Shown one piece after another: positions 26,260 to 40,833 of a stretch of 64,000 nucleotides of DNA. The notes beneath the pieces were generated by a model. That model saw only the letters and a program-made list of their open reading frames with translations. It had not been told where the DNA came from and searched no databases. Source of the stretch: Mizuhopecten yessoensis (lineage: Eukaryota); NCBI RefSeq assembly GCF_002113885.1, contig NW_018408902.1, positions 1,416,820 to 1,480,819 of the forward strand, written 5' to 3'. The translations under genes were made by a program, and so were the position numbers. Numbering within the stretch: position 1 is the stretch's first letter; each line of letters begins with the position of its first letter.

Positions 26260-29200
26260 ATGGTCGCCTTGTCTGTTGGTTTGTATACCTCGATGTTCAT
26301 TGATATATCATTGTATAGGGCGGCAATAGGTCTACATTATATCAAATGTTACTCTGTTCAAGATAATTTATGTTGTTTATACCACAAAGAACATTTTTCA
26401 ATTTTTAACTTAACGAATTTTTGGTTTGTATTTTCTACCGTTATGAAAGCCTATTACATGTCATATGTTTTTATTACAATCAGTCTGTTATACCAAACAC
26501 AAATATTGTATTAATCATCTTACTGATACTACTTTTATGTAACGATATAGAGACAAATCCAGGACCTGAAGGTAACAGAGAAATATCCGTGTTTCATTTA
26601 AATAGTAGAAGTGTTCGCAACAAAACTCCGTCTATAGAATGTTTAGCACACGAATATCAAGTTTTATCTATTTCCGAAACACATTTGGACGCGAATTGTA
26701 TAAATTCTGATTTATCTATAGATGGCTTTTGTACTCATATACGACCTGATAGAAACAGTTACGGTGGCGGAGTTATGGTATATGTATCTGATGATTTACT
26801 TTACAAGCGGCGATATGTTTTGGAATTCAAAGGTGGTGAAGTTATCTGGATAGAGCTAATCGCTGAAAAAATACTATTTTTTATGTACTGTTTAAAGTGT
26901 AAGTTACCGAGTCCTCCGTGTTACCTGTTGGTAAACGTTATCAGTGATCACTCCGCCACTGTTGTTGTAATAGAAGTACCACAAAAATCAATAAGCACTT
27001 TTAAACGCGAGGTATGGATATATAAAGATGTAAATTTTGATTTATTTAATATTCTAATTAGAGACTTCTCTTGGAATGAGACATTGGATTCAGCATCTAG
27101 TTTAGATGAAGCCTGTGCAATATTTACGTCGAAGTTTTTTGAATTTGCTAAAGCCACTATTCCAGTTAAACATGTCACTGTAAGAAAAAACGATAAGCCA
27201 TGGTTCACATCAGAAATGCGCCAAGAAATAAGGAAAAAAATAGGTTACACAAACTCTACCGTAAAAATAATAACAAATATTCCATGGACAAGTTTTAAGC
27301 CCAAAGAAACAAAGTTAATAATATGAAAAACATGCTATGGCATCCTTTTTGAAAAATATAAATGGTTTTATTAACCTAGTAGACGCCTCCGACTCGAAAA
27401 CTTATTGGCGACTCATGCGCCGACTGATTGGTAAAGAAACTAATTCTGATTCTATCCCAGCATTATACGACACTGACATTTTTTTTTAGTGCATGACGAA
27501 ATTAGTAAAGCAAATGTGTTAAATAAGTATTTTTGTTCGATATCTAATATCGATGAAGACCTGGACAGTCCAAGTTTTCCCGTTGTAATTCGTCGTTACA
27601 TTCCATTGTAATTACTAAATCTGATATTCATGATATTCTTAAAACATTGAAGTTAAACAAGGCAACTGGAAATGATAATATAAGTCATAATATGTTAACA
27701 AATACTGCCGAGACAGTTTGCGAACCCCTGTTTATTTTGTTCACTAGATCATTAAGATAATGCAAATTCCCCTCAATATGGAAATTAGCTACATTTCTAC
27801 CACTATTTAAGAAAAATGAAAGAACTCTTCCATCTAACTATAGACCGATATCACTGTTAAGTTCTGTAAGCAAACTGTTTGAGAGAGTCATACACAAATA
27901 CCTTCATGATTATATGCAAGAGAATAATGTACTTTACAGATATCAATCAGGTTTCGTTAAAGGACATTCAACCGTTTACTAATTAAAAGAAATTTATCCT
28001 AATATTTGTTCTGCTCTGGAAAGTAAGCAACAAACATGTATGACATTTTTTGATATATCTAAGCCTTTTGACAGGGTGTGGCAGAGGGGTTTATTAATTA
28101 AGCATTAATATGCTTATGGTATCAAGGGTAATATTCCCTCCTGGATTAAGGATTATCTACTAGAAAGAAAGCAGCAGGTCATAATTATTAGGTAACTTTA
28201 CTTCTTCAATTGGGCATTTAAATGCAGGTGTTCCACAGGGGTCGGTCCTCGGATCGTTCCTATTTTTAGTTTTTTATAAATGATATTGCTGATAATTTAC
28301 TTTCACTTGCAACAATGTTTGTCGATGACACGTCGTTATCATTTTCATCGAGCACTGTTATAGAAATAGAAAATGTATTGAACCATGATCTGGCAATTAT
28401 TGAAGATTGGTCAGACAAATGGAATGTTAATTTTAATCCAACCAAAACTGAAGTAGTACGTTTTCATTGTTCACAAAAGTTAGATGTACATTTAATGTTA
28501 AATAATACACCATTACAAACCTCCACTGATCACAGACATCTAGGTGTCACATTAAATGAAAACTGTACATGGTCTGTACATGTTGACAATATTGTTAAAT
28601 CAGCATCAGAACATATACCAGTATTACGTAAGTTAAAATATATTTTAAATAAGAAAATATTATCAAAATTGCATACAAATTTATAAGACATCTTTTGGAA
28701 TACGCTTGCAAATTATGGGATGAATGTAATGATACAGATTCGGGAAAACTAGAAAAATTACAATTAGAAGCGGCTATAACTGTGACTGGTCTTCCTATTT
28801 TTGCAAGTAGGCAAAGCTTGTATTTCGAAACTAGGTGGGAAACATTAAGCAATCGTCGGAAAACTCGTAAGTTAACATTTTTATATAAAATACAAAAGAA
28901 TCTTACCCCTTCTTACTTACAGGATATAATGCCGAACAGAGTGCTTAATGTTAGCAATTACAATTTACGAAATCTAAATAATTATGTGATTCCAAGATGT
29001 CGATTAAACTTATTTGAGAATCGTTCATTCCTAGCACATTAAGACTTTGTAATAATCTTGATATTCAAATCAGAACATGTAATACGCTTTCTACATTCAA
29101 AAATAAAATATCTTTTAAAGGAGAATGTGCTCCTGATTTTTATTCCACTGGTGAACGAAAATGTAATGGTTTGCATACAAAACTCCGGTATAACTGCAGT

Positions 29201-29480
29201 TCCTTGAGCTCTGACCGCAAACGTATACATGTAATTCAGTCGCCTGAATGCATATGTTCTTATCCTATGGAAAATGTCGAGCATTATTTTTTAGAAAGTC
29301 CATCGAGTGTAGAAGCCAGAAATACCCTCAGGAGAAAACTTTTAGGGAATTTGAATTTAGATTTTTTAACTACTGATTTATATTCTGTATCGTTCATACA
29401 TGTTTACTGCTAATGAAAAAAATGTTTTCTATTCATATCAGTTCAAGAATACATTAAACATTTAAAACGAGTTAGTAAAA
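26260..29480 (+). mobile_element. Near-complete but frameshifted CR1-group LINE ORF2 (2A-like, APE, RT, C-terminal Cys/His region)
   Basis: YRAAIG, DIETNPGP, ISETHL, DRNSYGGGV, NYRPISLLS, QSGF, DISKPFDRVW, GVPQGSVLG, FVDD, FNPTKT, EYAC..WD, CICSY..ENVEHYFL. Confidence 0.92.
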
Positions 29481-29779
29481 AATATGTTAGAACAAAAGTA
29501 AATATACTTATATATCACCTGCACCTAGTTAGCATTATGGTACTTTGATGACGCAGTGGATCGCATCCGGAATAGTGGGAGCCTAACCAGCTCGGAATCT
29601 TAAGGAGGCCAATGATGTGTGATATTTATACTTGTTGAAAGTGGACATTATGGTGCAGTGCGTTTTAAAGAAAGCTTCAAGGATGTGACCATTTTTCAAG
29701 ATTACATAATATTAAGTAGTTGAAGAAGCTTAAATACACTCAGGTTATTTCTATAGCAACATTTTAAATACCTCTGTCT

Positions 29780-30010
29780 TAAATCAGTATGTCTTGTGCA
29801 AACTAAAACAAATAATATCATTACACTTTGTACATAATCTATAAGATTTATCAATGCCAACATAACGCCCACTTTCAAAGTTTAATTTGTGAGCTGACAG
29901 TCTAAAACGAGCAATCTCTTTCATATAACCGATATTAACTGATTTTTTTCGATATAACTGTAGTAAATTTGCATTGTTTAATTCTCTGTAAAGCATACCT
30001 TTAAACATAC
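29780..30010 (-). mobile_element. 3' fragment of an RTE-X-like LINE
   Basis: IARFRLSAHKLNFESGRY...RLCTKC. Confidence 0.65.
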
Positions 30011-30049
30011 CTGAAATTACACACAGACATATACACTCAGGCAGGTCAT

Positions 30050-30660
30050 ATATACGTTTGTTAAGTGACCAATAAGCGATGGTTTTACTAATGACATTTT
30101 AGTCATGACTTATCCAACTACCAGTTAAGTAACAATACTTTGTTGTAGTTTAACAAATTAGGTCCATAACAACAATCTTTTCATGGGTTTGGATAGGAAT
30201 TTTCCTACTTGTTGAAGCATCTTTCACAAAAATTAGGAGTTAGGGGCATTATGAAACATCAAGGAGTTTCTGAGGCCATATTGATCTAGTTCATCTAGCC
30301 CAGTCTGAACAATGTTAACTTGTTCAGTAAGAAGTGTATTTTCATTTATTTTTATTTTCATGACTTATATTATCATTTTGGTTTTCTTCATCCTCAAGCT
30401 TTTTTGTACAGGTTTAACTGCTTGCTTCACAGCGTGTTCAACATTAGTGTTAAGGCTTGAAGTCAATAATGGTCGAACAAAACAGTTTCACAAGTGCAGG
30501 GTCTTTTATCCGGCTGTTTATTATGTGGTCTAAGTGAATAGGTTTTCATTTGGGCAACTGTAAAGTAAGTCCAGCGCTTTGAGACACATGACTCCCTGAA
30601 AAAATCCGGGCTCGAGAGATCCGGTAGAGAATCCCTTCTCTTAGCGACATAATCCATACA
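30050..30660 (-). mobile_element. CR1-group LINE ORF1 fragment
   Basis: Manual translation of 30241-30330 (minus strand) gives TEQVNIVQTGLDELDQYGLRNSLMFHNAP, the coiled-coil/EQYSRR-like ORF1 motif. Confidence 0.6.
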
Positions 30661-31379
30661 GAACCTTTTTTTCTGGATTTAAACATATTTTATTGCCTTT
30701 TTTACATAGCAGTGGAAATGGGCACAAGTTTTACAACTTATATCAAGCTCTTTCCCTGTACAATAATATTTTTTTAACAAATGTTTTCATGAAGGCAGAA
30801 CTACGTAAATAAGCAATGTATTTTAAATTAATTAATCAGTGACATACATACACCTACACATTCACACACCGAACCACACGCATGCGCAAAAATATAAGCA
30901 TGCACATGTAGATAAAGGAAGAGAGAGAGATAGGGGGATGGTGAGAGGGGGAGGAGAGAGAGAGAGAGAAGGAAGAGGGGATTAGAGAGTCCATTTTTTT
31001 AAGATTACTAGATAAGTATTGCAACAAGACAGTAAATTTTAGAAATTATATATCAGACCACGTGGTTGTTCCTTCTCCATGCGAACGGACTAGATATACT
31101 ATTCGCTGTTCACAACTTTCTTCTGATCAATGTTCATCACGTCCCGTGCTATTTTAACTTCCTCCTGTTCACTCTTGCTGGTATTTCCGTTTCAACTAGT
31201 CCGTCCGCACAGAGAAAGACCAAACACTCGGCGTTATTATATTTATATATACATATATTTGTATGTTGCAACTCGTGTTGTCAATCTATTAGTATTAGTA
31301 AGATACATTTATTAATAATGATGTCGATTTTGAGGTGTTGTTCGAGTCTTGTATATATTGCTGAGTATTCATGAATATA

Positions 31380-34300
31380 CTTTTGTTTTCTTGTTCCGAA
31401 TTGTTATATCTCCAAAAAGAAGTAGATTCAATGTAAGGGGTATGTATGCATTCAGTTCACGATACAGTTTAATTCTCTGTTCAACATAATTATCACAGTT
31501 AAAAAAGAAATGGAAGGTGTCTTCAATAGGGTAGCCACACGTTTAACGTTGGTCATCAACCAGGTTAACTCGAAATATAACGTTTTTCGAAATAATAATA
31601 ATAATAATATACAACATTTATATAGCGCTCTATATAATTTGTAAAATTACTCTAAAGCCCTTTACAACATATGGATAATAGTAATGGTTATACTTGTGAA
31701 AACAAAAAAACAAAGGCTTACAATCCCTTTTATACATTTAAGCATGCAATGTGCACATAATTGAACAAATAAAAGGTTAGTATTTACATGACGTCTTTGC
31801 AAGGATTCTAAACTGCAGACGTGAAGAGGTGAGTAAAGTGCTAGAACGGTTTCTTAGTTTTGTATGTAAGATGTTATTTTTTTCTATCGACGTAGAAAAA
31901 GTAATGGGGTACATGGGGAAAATGTTTGTCTCTAATGGCATTTTTAAACGATGAAAAAGAGGAGCTATGCCTAATACTTACAGTTAACTGATTCCAGAGA
32001 GAATAGTAGAAGGAAAGTAAGACATGTTAGGTAACTCTCGTCTGTTGCTAGGCAGGTTGTAGTTTTCGGCGTTTCTAAGATTATATTGAGCATTTTCGAC
32101 AAGGGGAGGGAGTAGAGTGTTTAGATAGTAAGGAGTAAAGTTATGATGAATTTTTTAAAATAATTGCAGTTTCCGACGGGACCTCCGGTGGGCTAGGGAT
32201 ATATAGATTGTCTACTAGCATAAGAAGGTAAACCGGTGACAATACGTCCTGCCTCTAATTGAAACTTTTCTAACTTATCAGTATTAGTAAGAGTACAACC
32301 ATCCCAAACTTCACAGCAATTTTCTAAAGTAGGAAGTATAAAGGATCTATATATCTTATTTAATATACGGCGGTTTAGAGTATATTTCAATTTACGGAGA
32401 ACACCTAATTGCTTCACTACTTTTTTTACAAATTTTATCAATATGATATCTCCACTTACAGTTAGCATCGATGAATACTCCCAGATGTTTATGGTTATCA
32501 ACAAAGTCTATACTGATATTATTAAAATTTATTTCAATCAGGTGATCTAGTTCTATATTAGAAATAAGTAAAGCCTCTGTTTTTGCAGGATTAAATATAA
32601 TAGCCATTTATCAGCCCACAAGTTAATATTACTAAGATCATTATTAATTTTTTGTTCTAATATTTGTGGGAGTTATCTGAACATAATAGAGAAGTATCAT
32701 CTGCGATGGAATTTGATAAGATTTCTAAATTATCTGTTATATCATTAATATAAAGTACGAACAACAATGGACCTAAGACTGAACCCTGAGGTATTCCTGC
32801 ATTAGTTGTCTTAACTGAGGATTTACTGTTTCCAAAAAATACTTGTTGAGATCTATTTGTAATATAATCAATCAACCATTCCAATACCTTACCCGATATT
32901 CCATAACTAGCTATTTTCACCTCCAGCCCCCTGTGCCACACTCGATCGAATGCCTTAGAAATATTACAAAAGACTAAGGTGGGTTGCTTTTTTTCAAGAT
33001 TGTCGCACAAGTTGTGGAATATTTCTATAAGCTGGTGTACGATAGAATGACCTGGTTGAAAACCTGACTGATACTTATATATAAGAGAATTCTCTAAAAG
33101 GTAGTTATGTAAATGTTTAGCAACTAATCTATCAAAAACCTTACCAATAGTATTTAGCAATGCGATGGGTCTATAATATGAGGGGTCTTGTTTATCTCGT
33201 GTTTTAAAAATTGGCATCAATAGAGCAAGCTTCCATTGTCTGGGGAAAGATCCAGTCTCCAGAGAAGAACGAAAGATTAAAGATAGCGGATAAGCAATTG
33301 TATTAGCGGTGTTCTTTAACATATTATGACTAATTGTATCATTTCCTACAGCTTTACCAATTTTTAAAGTTTTGAGTATGTCAATAATGTCATTAATATT
33401 AAAGGGTTTGTCTGAGATAGTCGAGTCTGTTCTGGATTCTATATCAGGTACGTCTGTGTCAGTTTCGTCGATAGTAGAAATAGAAGCAAAGTAGTCATTG
33501 AGTATGTTAGTCTTTATGTCATCATCCATTTCTATGTTTCCAGTCGCACTCCGTAATGGCGGTATACTACCAGACGTTTGAGATGATTTTATTAACCTGC
33601 CGACAAGTTTCCAGGTCAGTTCGACGACGTGTGCACATGAGGCTGGAAGTGTAAACATTTATCCCCCACCCGGTGTTCCACGGTCTTTACGGTACATACC
33701 ATAACCATCTAGGAGTACGTCATCATTTGCTATGGATATTTCAAGATGGGTCTCACTAATACAGACAACATCAAAGTCCGACGCTACATGTTCTAGGTAA
33801 GATAACTTATTTCTAAGACTGCGAATATTAAGGTGGAAAATAGGATAATCTTTGTTGAGATCATCAGGGCCTGGATTTGGATGTACATCATTACTAGATA
33901 AGAGAAGGAGTTGGAGAATAAACAGAAAGTTCGAATTATCAATAACGCTAGATAAGATCAAATATATAGCATATACCAGTTTTGTAAGAACATATATTAT
34001 ACCGAGCATGCGTCCACCTATTAATTTACGGAGATTTATATAGAAAATATACTTTTTATTTTATTTAGAACGTTGTGTGTACGAAGGTAGAAACAGTCGC
34101 TCGCCGCTCTGTAGGACACTATATGGTTAGTTACAGGACGGCGATCGCCGCTCTGTAGGACCCATAATCATCATAAATTAACACTGTTACAGGACGTCGA
34201 TCGCCGCTTTGTAGGACACTATGTCGTTACCCATGATAATCATCACAAATTAAAGAGAGAATGGAGGGTCGATCGCCGCTCTGTAGGACACTATGTCGTT

Positions 34301-37300
34301 ACCCATGATAATCATCACAAATTAACACTGTTACAGGACGGCGATCGGGTCTGTAATCGACATTAACATGTACACACGTGTACGGCTACGTACACAGCAT
34401 TGACGGGAACAGTGGGTCATAGAGATCAGGGTGGAACAGAAACAAGGTTCATACATATAAAGGGAGGAAAAGGAAGAGAAGGGAGGAAAAGGGAGAGATA
34501 GGAGTAAAGAGAGAGAATGGAGGAAAAGGGAGAGAAGGATGATTTAGAGGTAAAGACGATAAGGGCAGGGGCGGGGTATTGAGAGAGGAAACGATTTAGA
34601 ACGATATACACAAAATAACACAACATAAAAAACCTATTTGTCGTTGAGACAATGTACTTGCGAGTAATCGTTAAATAAATACCAATGTAACACTGGGAGA
34701 AACTTACCAATCGTTATCGGAGGCTAATCAGATAAAAAGGCATTTCAAAATAATACAGACAGGAATACACTGTTACCGTTATCCCTCGCTCAGGTTACTA
34801 AACAATATATTTTCATGTATTACTATTTTTAATATGGACGGAGCTGTACCGGAATTACTTTCACCGCTGATTTTCATTGATGGAGGGATAGTAATAAGCA
34901 AGTTGAGCAAATATAAGTACATGTATATCAATTGGAAGACATCATGCGGCTATAATATGTAGCAATGAGTGGACATGAATGAATGTAAAACACGAATTAA
35001 CACGTATGAACAGGAATGTAAATAGTAATGTAAAGGATATGTACAATCGTGAATGAGCCTAGACCCGACCGAAATGGTAGGAGTTGGCACGAATAATATG
35101 GGAGTAAGCAAAATTGTTAACATGATTGTAAGTACCAGAAGGAACACGAATGTATTTTTTGTTAATGTAGCAATGAGTGAACTCAATCATGAATGACTGG
35201 AATATAGCCATGAATAAACGCGATCGAAAACAGGAGTAAACATGAATGTGGACATGGATTAACACAGGTATAGTCCCGAATATGCATTGTAAGGATGACG
35301 TAACCATGAATGAACGTGGACTCCGCCGTGAATAAACATAAAAAAGTACATCAATGAGCATGAGTGAAAACATGAATCAACACGAATAGACGTTATAGTA
35401 AGCTTGAGTGGAAACATAGTTATTTGAAATATGAAATATGAAATATAAACACAATATAGCCATGAATCAAAACATAAATACACATAAATTGACACAATAT
35501 AACCATGAATCAAAACATGAATACACATAAATTGACATCCATGTAAACACGAATGTAAGTATGAATGCAATGCAAACATATGTCGGGGGAAACACTTGTT
35601 TCAGGATTGCTGGGGTAAACATATAATTTGAAAGTAAAATATTTACATATTTCCTGTGTTTACACAATTTGTCGTGGTTATCATATGTACGTGTAGATAT
35701 ACAATTACATACAAGCACGCACGCGCGCACAAAACAATCCCATATACATCCATAACATAAGCACATATATGTGTGCACACACATTCAAACACAAAGTGCA
35801 TCTAACCACTAGGGCACTATACTTCTAGTACTGTTACTACTTCTGCAACATTCTGCAGCCGTAGCCACCTTACCAGGATGCTACCTTCTCCATGTACATA
35901 AGGGTAACCGAGGGATATTGTGGCTGATGGTTTGGAGGTGCTGAGTTTCAAGTGACTGCCATTGGTAGCCGTAAAAAAAAGTTTCTTGAGTATAAAATGG
36001 ATACGTGAATGGACTAGTCTTACGAATACAATGATCAGGGTATATATAATAGTATACATTATGTTGCTACGTGTAAAGGTACACACATATGGTTCACAAA
36101 CACACAGGTAAGTCAATACATACAGGCAAGTATTACCACGACTTTCTATGAAACAGGGCCCCGACGAACCAAAAAGGCTGCGGAGGAGACAGGTTCACAT
36201 AACTAAGGATAAGTATGTTCGAACACACCAAATACGTGTAGTATATGTATATGCGTCTTACCGGATGCTCATATTCTACGCACCTACCCGCCTGTTCGTA
36301 GTGTAACCAGTCTCCACAAAAAGATTTCGATTTTCCGCGCGGATTGTGTTTTCTTGCAATAAATACGTCCATCTGCTGTTCTCAATGAATGAATTTTGCC
36401 GTCTTTTCGAAGAATGTTCAGTCTCGATATTAATTTTTGTCTTGGTCTTGTGAGGCTCGCTGTAATTAGTATGTGATGTCTGTGGTTCTCTAGCTGAAAT
36501 CGGTTGTCGTAGACGCGGTGTCTGTCCGTATATCGGATAAACCGGGCGATAACAGTGATCCTCTGGTTCCTCGGAGTGCCGATCACGTGGGCTCTCGAAA
36601 TATCATTAGCGTCGAGGCGAACCCCGATGCCATTGGATATTGCTACAACTGCTCGGTATGGATTGAGTTCTTGGACCCCACCCGGGGGGATGGGCACGTT
36701 GTGAAAATTCAATGCCGTCCTACGGAAATACTGTTGTAATTCCTCAAGGTCACACTCCGTCGTATGGAGTCTGCTTTTAGAGTGTAGTGTAGGGGGGAGA
36801 CAGCCGCGTCAATTTTACGTTCGATAACGTCGTTTAGGTGCTCGGACACGAGTTCGTTAACGGTTGCTTCAATCTGAGGCTTTGCGCGTTCCACTAGAAT
36901 GTTTTCAGTCGATAATGTTAAAATAGAAGCAACGACAGGTGCTAACATGTCAACACGTTATTGAGGAATTCTTTAGAGTACAAGGTGTCTAAAATTTGAC
37001 TCAGCCCGGGGCTGGGGCTCGGGGCATCAGATAGGTCATCCGTTTTAGAAGTCGGCGTAGTCTCACCAGTAGACCGTTTGGGTAATGTTAATCGATGGAA
37101 AGAGGGTTACACAACTCTTTACGTTTGTATTGTTCATAACCCCTGAACAGAACATTTCAGTCTGGTCTCGGGTTATGACCGAAGTCTCACAAGTAACTAG
37201 AATATTGGATTTAGAACTAGACATAATAAATGTATACTGACATAGCAAGTTCGATGTGTAAAAATAGCAAAACGTTTGACAGGTACGTGCATGAACCGTG

Positions 37301-37330
37301 CTCACAGTGTCTTAATATAGCTGTCCAGGT
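31380..37330 (-). mobile_element. CR1-group LINE with ORF1 (~36250-37090), a ~2.2-kb spacer and ORF2 (~31400-34050, internally deleted)
   Basis: ORF1: DISRAHVIG..VIARF..ITASLT..TADGRIY (RRM/CTD-like). ORF2: DVHPNPGP, ISETHL, YRPIALL, QSGFQPG, SKAFDRVW, GIPQGSVLGP, ADD, CEVWDGC. That both ORFs belong to one copy is an inference. Confidence 0.82.
34085..34350. repeat. Short imperfect tandem repeats upstream of LINE ORF2
   Basis: tcgccgct(c/t)tgtaggac recurs four times, with shared flanking ataatcatcacaaattaa. Confidence 0.75.
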
Positions 37331-37401
37331 AACTCGGTCTAAATATAGCAATAGTATGTGACAAAGAATCCACAGACAGTCTCAATTATGTCATTTATAT
37401 A

Positions 37402-37990
37402 GGATCCAAACTTCAAAGGAGTTGGTGCATTCAGGGCCATTTTTGGCCCCACCCCAGATTTTCTCAATTTTAATGCCATGCATACATGGACATATGAAAT
37501 TTATAAAACATGCAGTTTCAAAGAATTCCGACATTGCGTTGCCTAGCAACAGACCTGGAAACCCACATAATATATACAGTCAAATTGCACATTTGAGTGA
37601 TATTTAATTATGTATGATAACGTTTTATAAAAGTTGTTTTTTCGAAATACTTTATACAATTTTGCATGAATATTTTTAAGTTTTAAAGAATCTTTGAGAG
37701 TATTTCAATGTGACCAGCATGTTTTTGATTTTTCCTAGCAACGCAATCACAACCAAAGTTTCTCCATAGCAACGGTACATAATTTCTATCATAATGGACA
37801 CAGAAAGTGTTTGATATTACAAGATTAAATTATAAAATTACAGTAAATATGAAGGAAGCAGAAACAACATATAGCTGATGTTCCATAGCAACCATGTTTT
37901 GTCTTAGCAACCAAATGTCTTCCATAGCAACGGTACATAAAAAGTTTTACAATGGCGACACGGGTGCTGGATATTACAAGTTATAAACTC
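37402..37990. repeat. Probable 3' terminus and subterminal repeats of the PHIS-type transposon
   Basis: Begins ggatccaaacttcaaagg after an AT run, with multiple (c)catagcaac / cctagcaac motifs. No matching opposite TIR found. Confidence 0.4.
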
Positions 37991-38384
37991 GTATGTTAAT
38001 ATGGTAAAAATGAAGAAAAAATCGTGTTTTTTTTAATATAGTTTATGCTTTAATACTGTATTGGTATTTTATTTGTCATTTTACTAAGAGGATGAAGAAC
38101 ACTTCAGATTCAGTTTCAATTTTACAATTTAATCAATATTCCCGTAATCAGTAATCCTTACGATCCAAGTAAATCGTAAGGGATATAAACAAATAATGAA
38201 ATGTTCAAATGATAATAAAAAATGATACTTAAGAAACAACATTTAACAACAAGAGACCTTGTCACCCGAGATAAGTGTTAATGAATCAGTCTATTAGATG
38301 GCCATCATGGATTTTTGATTAGAATTTTGGAGACAGTCATAATTCGAAAATGCAATTTACATATGTGCAGCTGTTTTTTTTCCC

Positions 38385-40833
38385 CTATTCGTCTTCACTC
38401 TTCGGTGTTCCCCTCATCATTTACTCTCATCAACACTGAGTGACTCTGGTGTATGGCTGGCATCTTGCAAATATTGTATCCAGTCCTTGCTAAAGTCAAA
38501 GGTTTTGTCCAAATGACGTGCAAATCCCATATACCATACCACTGAAGCAATATGGGAGCAAGTCCCAACTACTCTCGCTCAAGCTCGGTATTTACACTAC
38601 CACCCTTGCACAGTGCACTCATCGAATACTACCCACAGTTGGAATACTTTTGAGCTGATGTGTCTGCTCTGAATCCTGGCGCTGATGAGGTTAGCATCTA
38701 CTTTACAGACAGATACTTCATATCCCCCCGTTTTACTCATATGCTCCTGTGTGTAAGCCCTTGCTAATTTTAGTTGATAAACACCAAGTGTCAAATTCCT
38801 CAGGTCTTCTTCTGTCATCACAGGAAAGTAAATATCACTGCTGGTGTCCATCCTCTGCCACATGCTTGGTCTATGGCAAGGCCATCTCTGTCAATTCTTT
38901 CCTGGATAATGTTCTGTTTCTTCGACAGATACAACATCTTTGAATCAATTACTTGATCTTTCTCTGCATCTCCCGTGCTAATTGGTGTACAGAACGTGTT
39001 GCAGATTGCACACACAATTCTTACAATATCTCCAACGTATGTAATCTGGGAGTTAGGGAGCACACGGGCCAGATATTTCCAAGTTTTTAAACGCCCATTC
39101 ACAGCCTCTACGAACCACCTGAAAGATAGTAAATTGATACATTTTGAATCTAACAAATACATAAATTGTAACAATGCATTTAACCCTTTCACCACTGTTG
39201 ACCGTAATAGACCCATCCAGATCAATGAATAGTCGAGTTAACTAAAGTTGCATAGGGGTGAAAGGGTTAACATAAGCTATATCAAAGGAAGTCTGATTTG
39301 AACTTTGTCAACTTCTTCTACATAGATAAGTTCATGCACATCAATTTCTAAAATTATACTCAAGTATCTGCTATTCTCACTGGGAGTGTCCTTTTACCAT
39401 TTTAGTGATATATTTATACATACCTGGTCTACGTTATCATGCATTTATAAGTTATGTACGTTTTATTAGTGAAGCTAGTAAAGTATCAATCATAATAAGA
39501 AAATCTTACCTCATTTTTGTAACAAATCGAGAAGCGTTGCTTTCTCCAACTGTGTGTTGTTGTTTTTGTTTTGAAAAAAGGCATCTCTGTCTGTATTCCT
39601 AGTTGTTTCAGGAGGTCCAGAGAAACCCTAAAACCTCTGTCAACCACAAACACATCATTTTCCTGAATCCACTACTTGATCTCTTCAATGTTGGAATTTA
39701 CAATCTGATTCAGGATGCTGGCGTCATTGCTTTTCGAATCTGCAAAGTAAGGCCCTAGTACGCTTATTATGTAACCTGTTGTTGTGACGAACATCATGCT
39801 GTAGCTCCTCCTATGGAACATAAACTGGCCACTCTTTTGAATGTAAAGACAGGTGCCATCAATCACAAGAATGGCTGGTTCCATTAGCCCTCCAAACAAT
39901 GTTTGGGCTAGTGGTCTTGTGTGTTTTAAGATGGAATCCTGTCGACTTACATGTTGAAAGCCCAGATTTGATGGAACAAAGTCTTTCATAAGTGCAATCC
40001 TTGCCGATGATATTGCACGTCGAATGGAATCTTTTCCAATGTTGAACACTGTTGATAGGATCTTGTTTGACATGCCACTCTTAAGTTTAGTAAGAAAGAT
40101 GCCGACACAAGATTTAATGCTCCTATTTTTTGAAGATCGTACGAACCCAACGAAGAGAATACACAAATCGGTAAAATGTTGAACACTGAGTCAAATTAGG
40201 GTAATGAAATCTTCATTCGAAAGACCATGTGGCGAATCATAATCAATACGTTTGTTTTGTTGGGCATTTGCTACATCTCTAATGTTAGAAATTAAAGACA
40301 GCATGTCAGAACGATTTAGCGAGGATAAGTCACTTTTTATTGCAATGTTTTTTTATGTGCCTCATTTCGTAACAAACCTTCCTCAATATGATGACCACAA
40401 CATCTTGCTCCAAATGGTACCCGGATTCCTTTTCTCAGGAGGAGGTCGTATTTTGCGTCACGAGATATTACCATCAGTTGCTTTGGGTAGGTATTGCAAA
40501 CGATACATTTTTTTTGTGGCTGCTTCCTGTGGATGGTATCGGAAGTGTTATACTCCGTGTTGACAAAAGTGTTTTGGTTGCAGATTTATCATAAGGGGCT
40601 TCAACTGAAGTGGGATTGTGACCGGTGTTTGTACGACGCTGTAGTAATGAGCGATGGCATGACATGCGACACTTTCCACAAATAACATCTTCATCTTTTG
40701 TTTGTATCATAATTAACGTTTTTAACAAATGCTTCCTCAGTGTAGTGTTTTCCTTGCCTTTAGTGAAGCGCCTGTCCCTAGGCTTTGTTCTTTTAGAACA
40801 AACAACACACCGAAATTCTCCTTTTTCAGGCAT
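38385..40833 (-). pseudogene. PIF/Harbinger-ISL2EU-type (DDE_Tnp_4-like) transposase pseudogene with N-terminal Zn motif, HTH, DDE core and C-terminal SWIM; one intron 39119-39509
   Basis: ATG at 40833 (MPEKGEFRCVVC...ICGKCR); VIDGT; SVLGPY..NDASIL; VVDRGFR; SRFVTKMR|WFVEAVNGRLKTWK joined across a GT-AG intron; GW*CKYRA*ARVVGTCSHIASVVWY. Several stops and frameshifts. Confidence 0.85.
39184..39266. mobile_element. piggyBac-like MITE (83 bp) inside the transposase intron
   Basis: TTAA flanks (39180-83, 39267-70); TIR ccctttcacc / ggtgaaaggg. Confidence 0.8.

Noticed and set aside
34950-36120. Cluster of minus-strand hydrophobic ORFs
   Set aside because: Caused by strand compositional skew and degenerate catgaat repeats in the LINE spacer.
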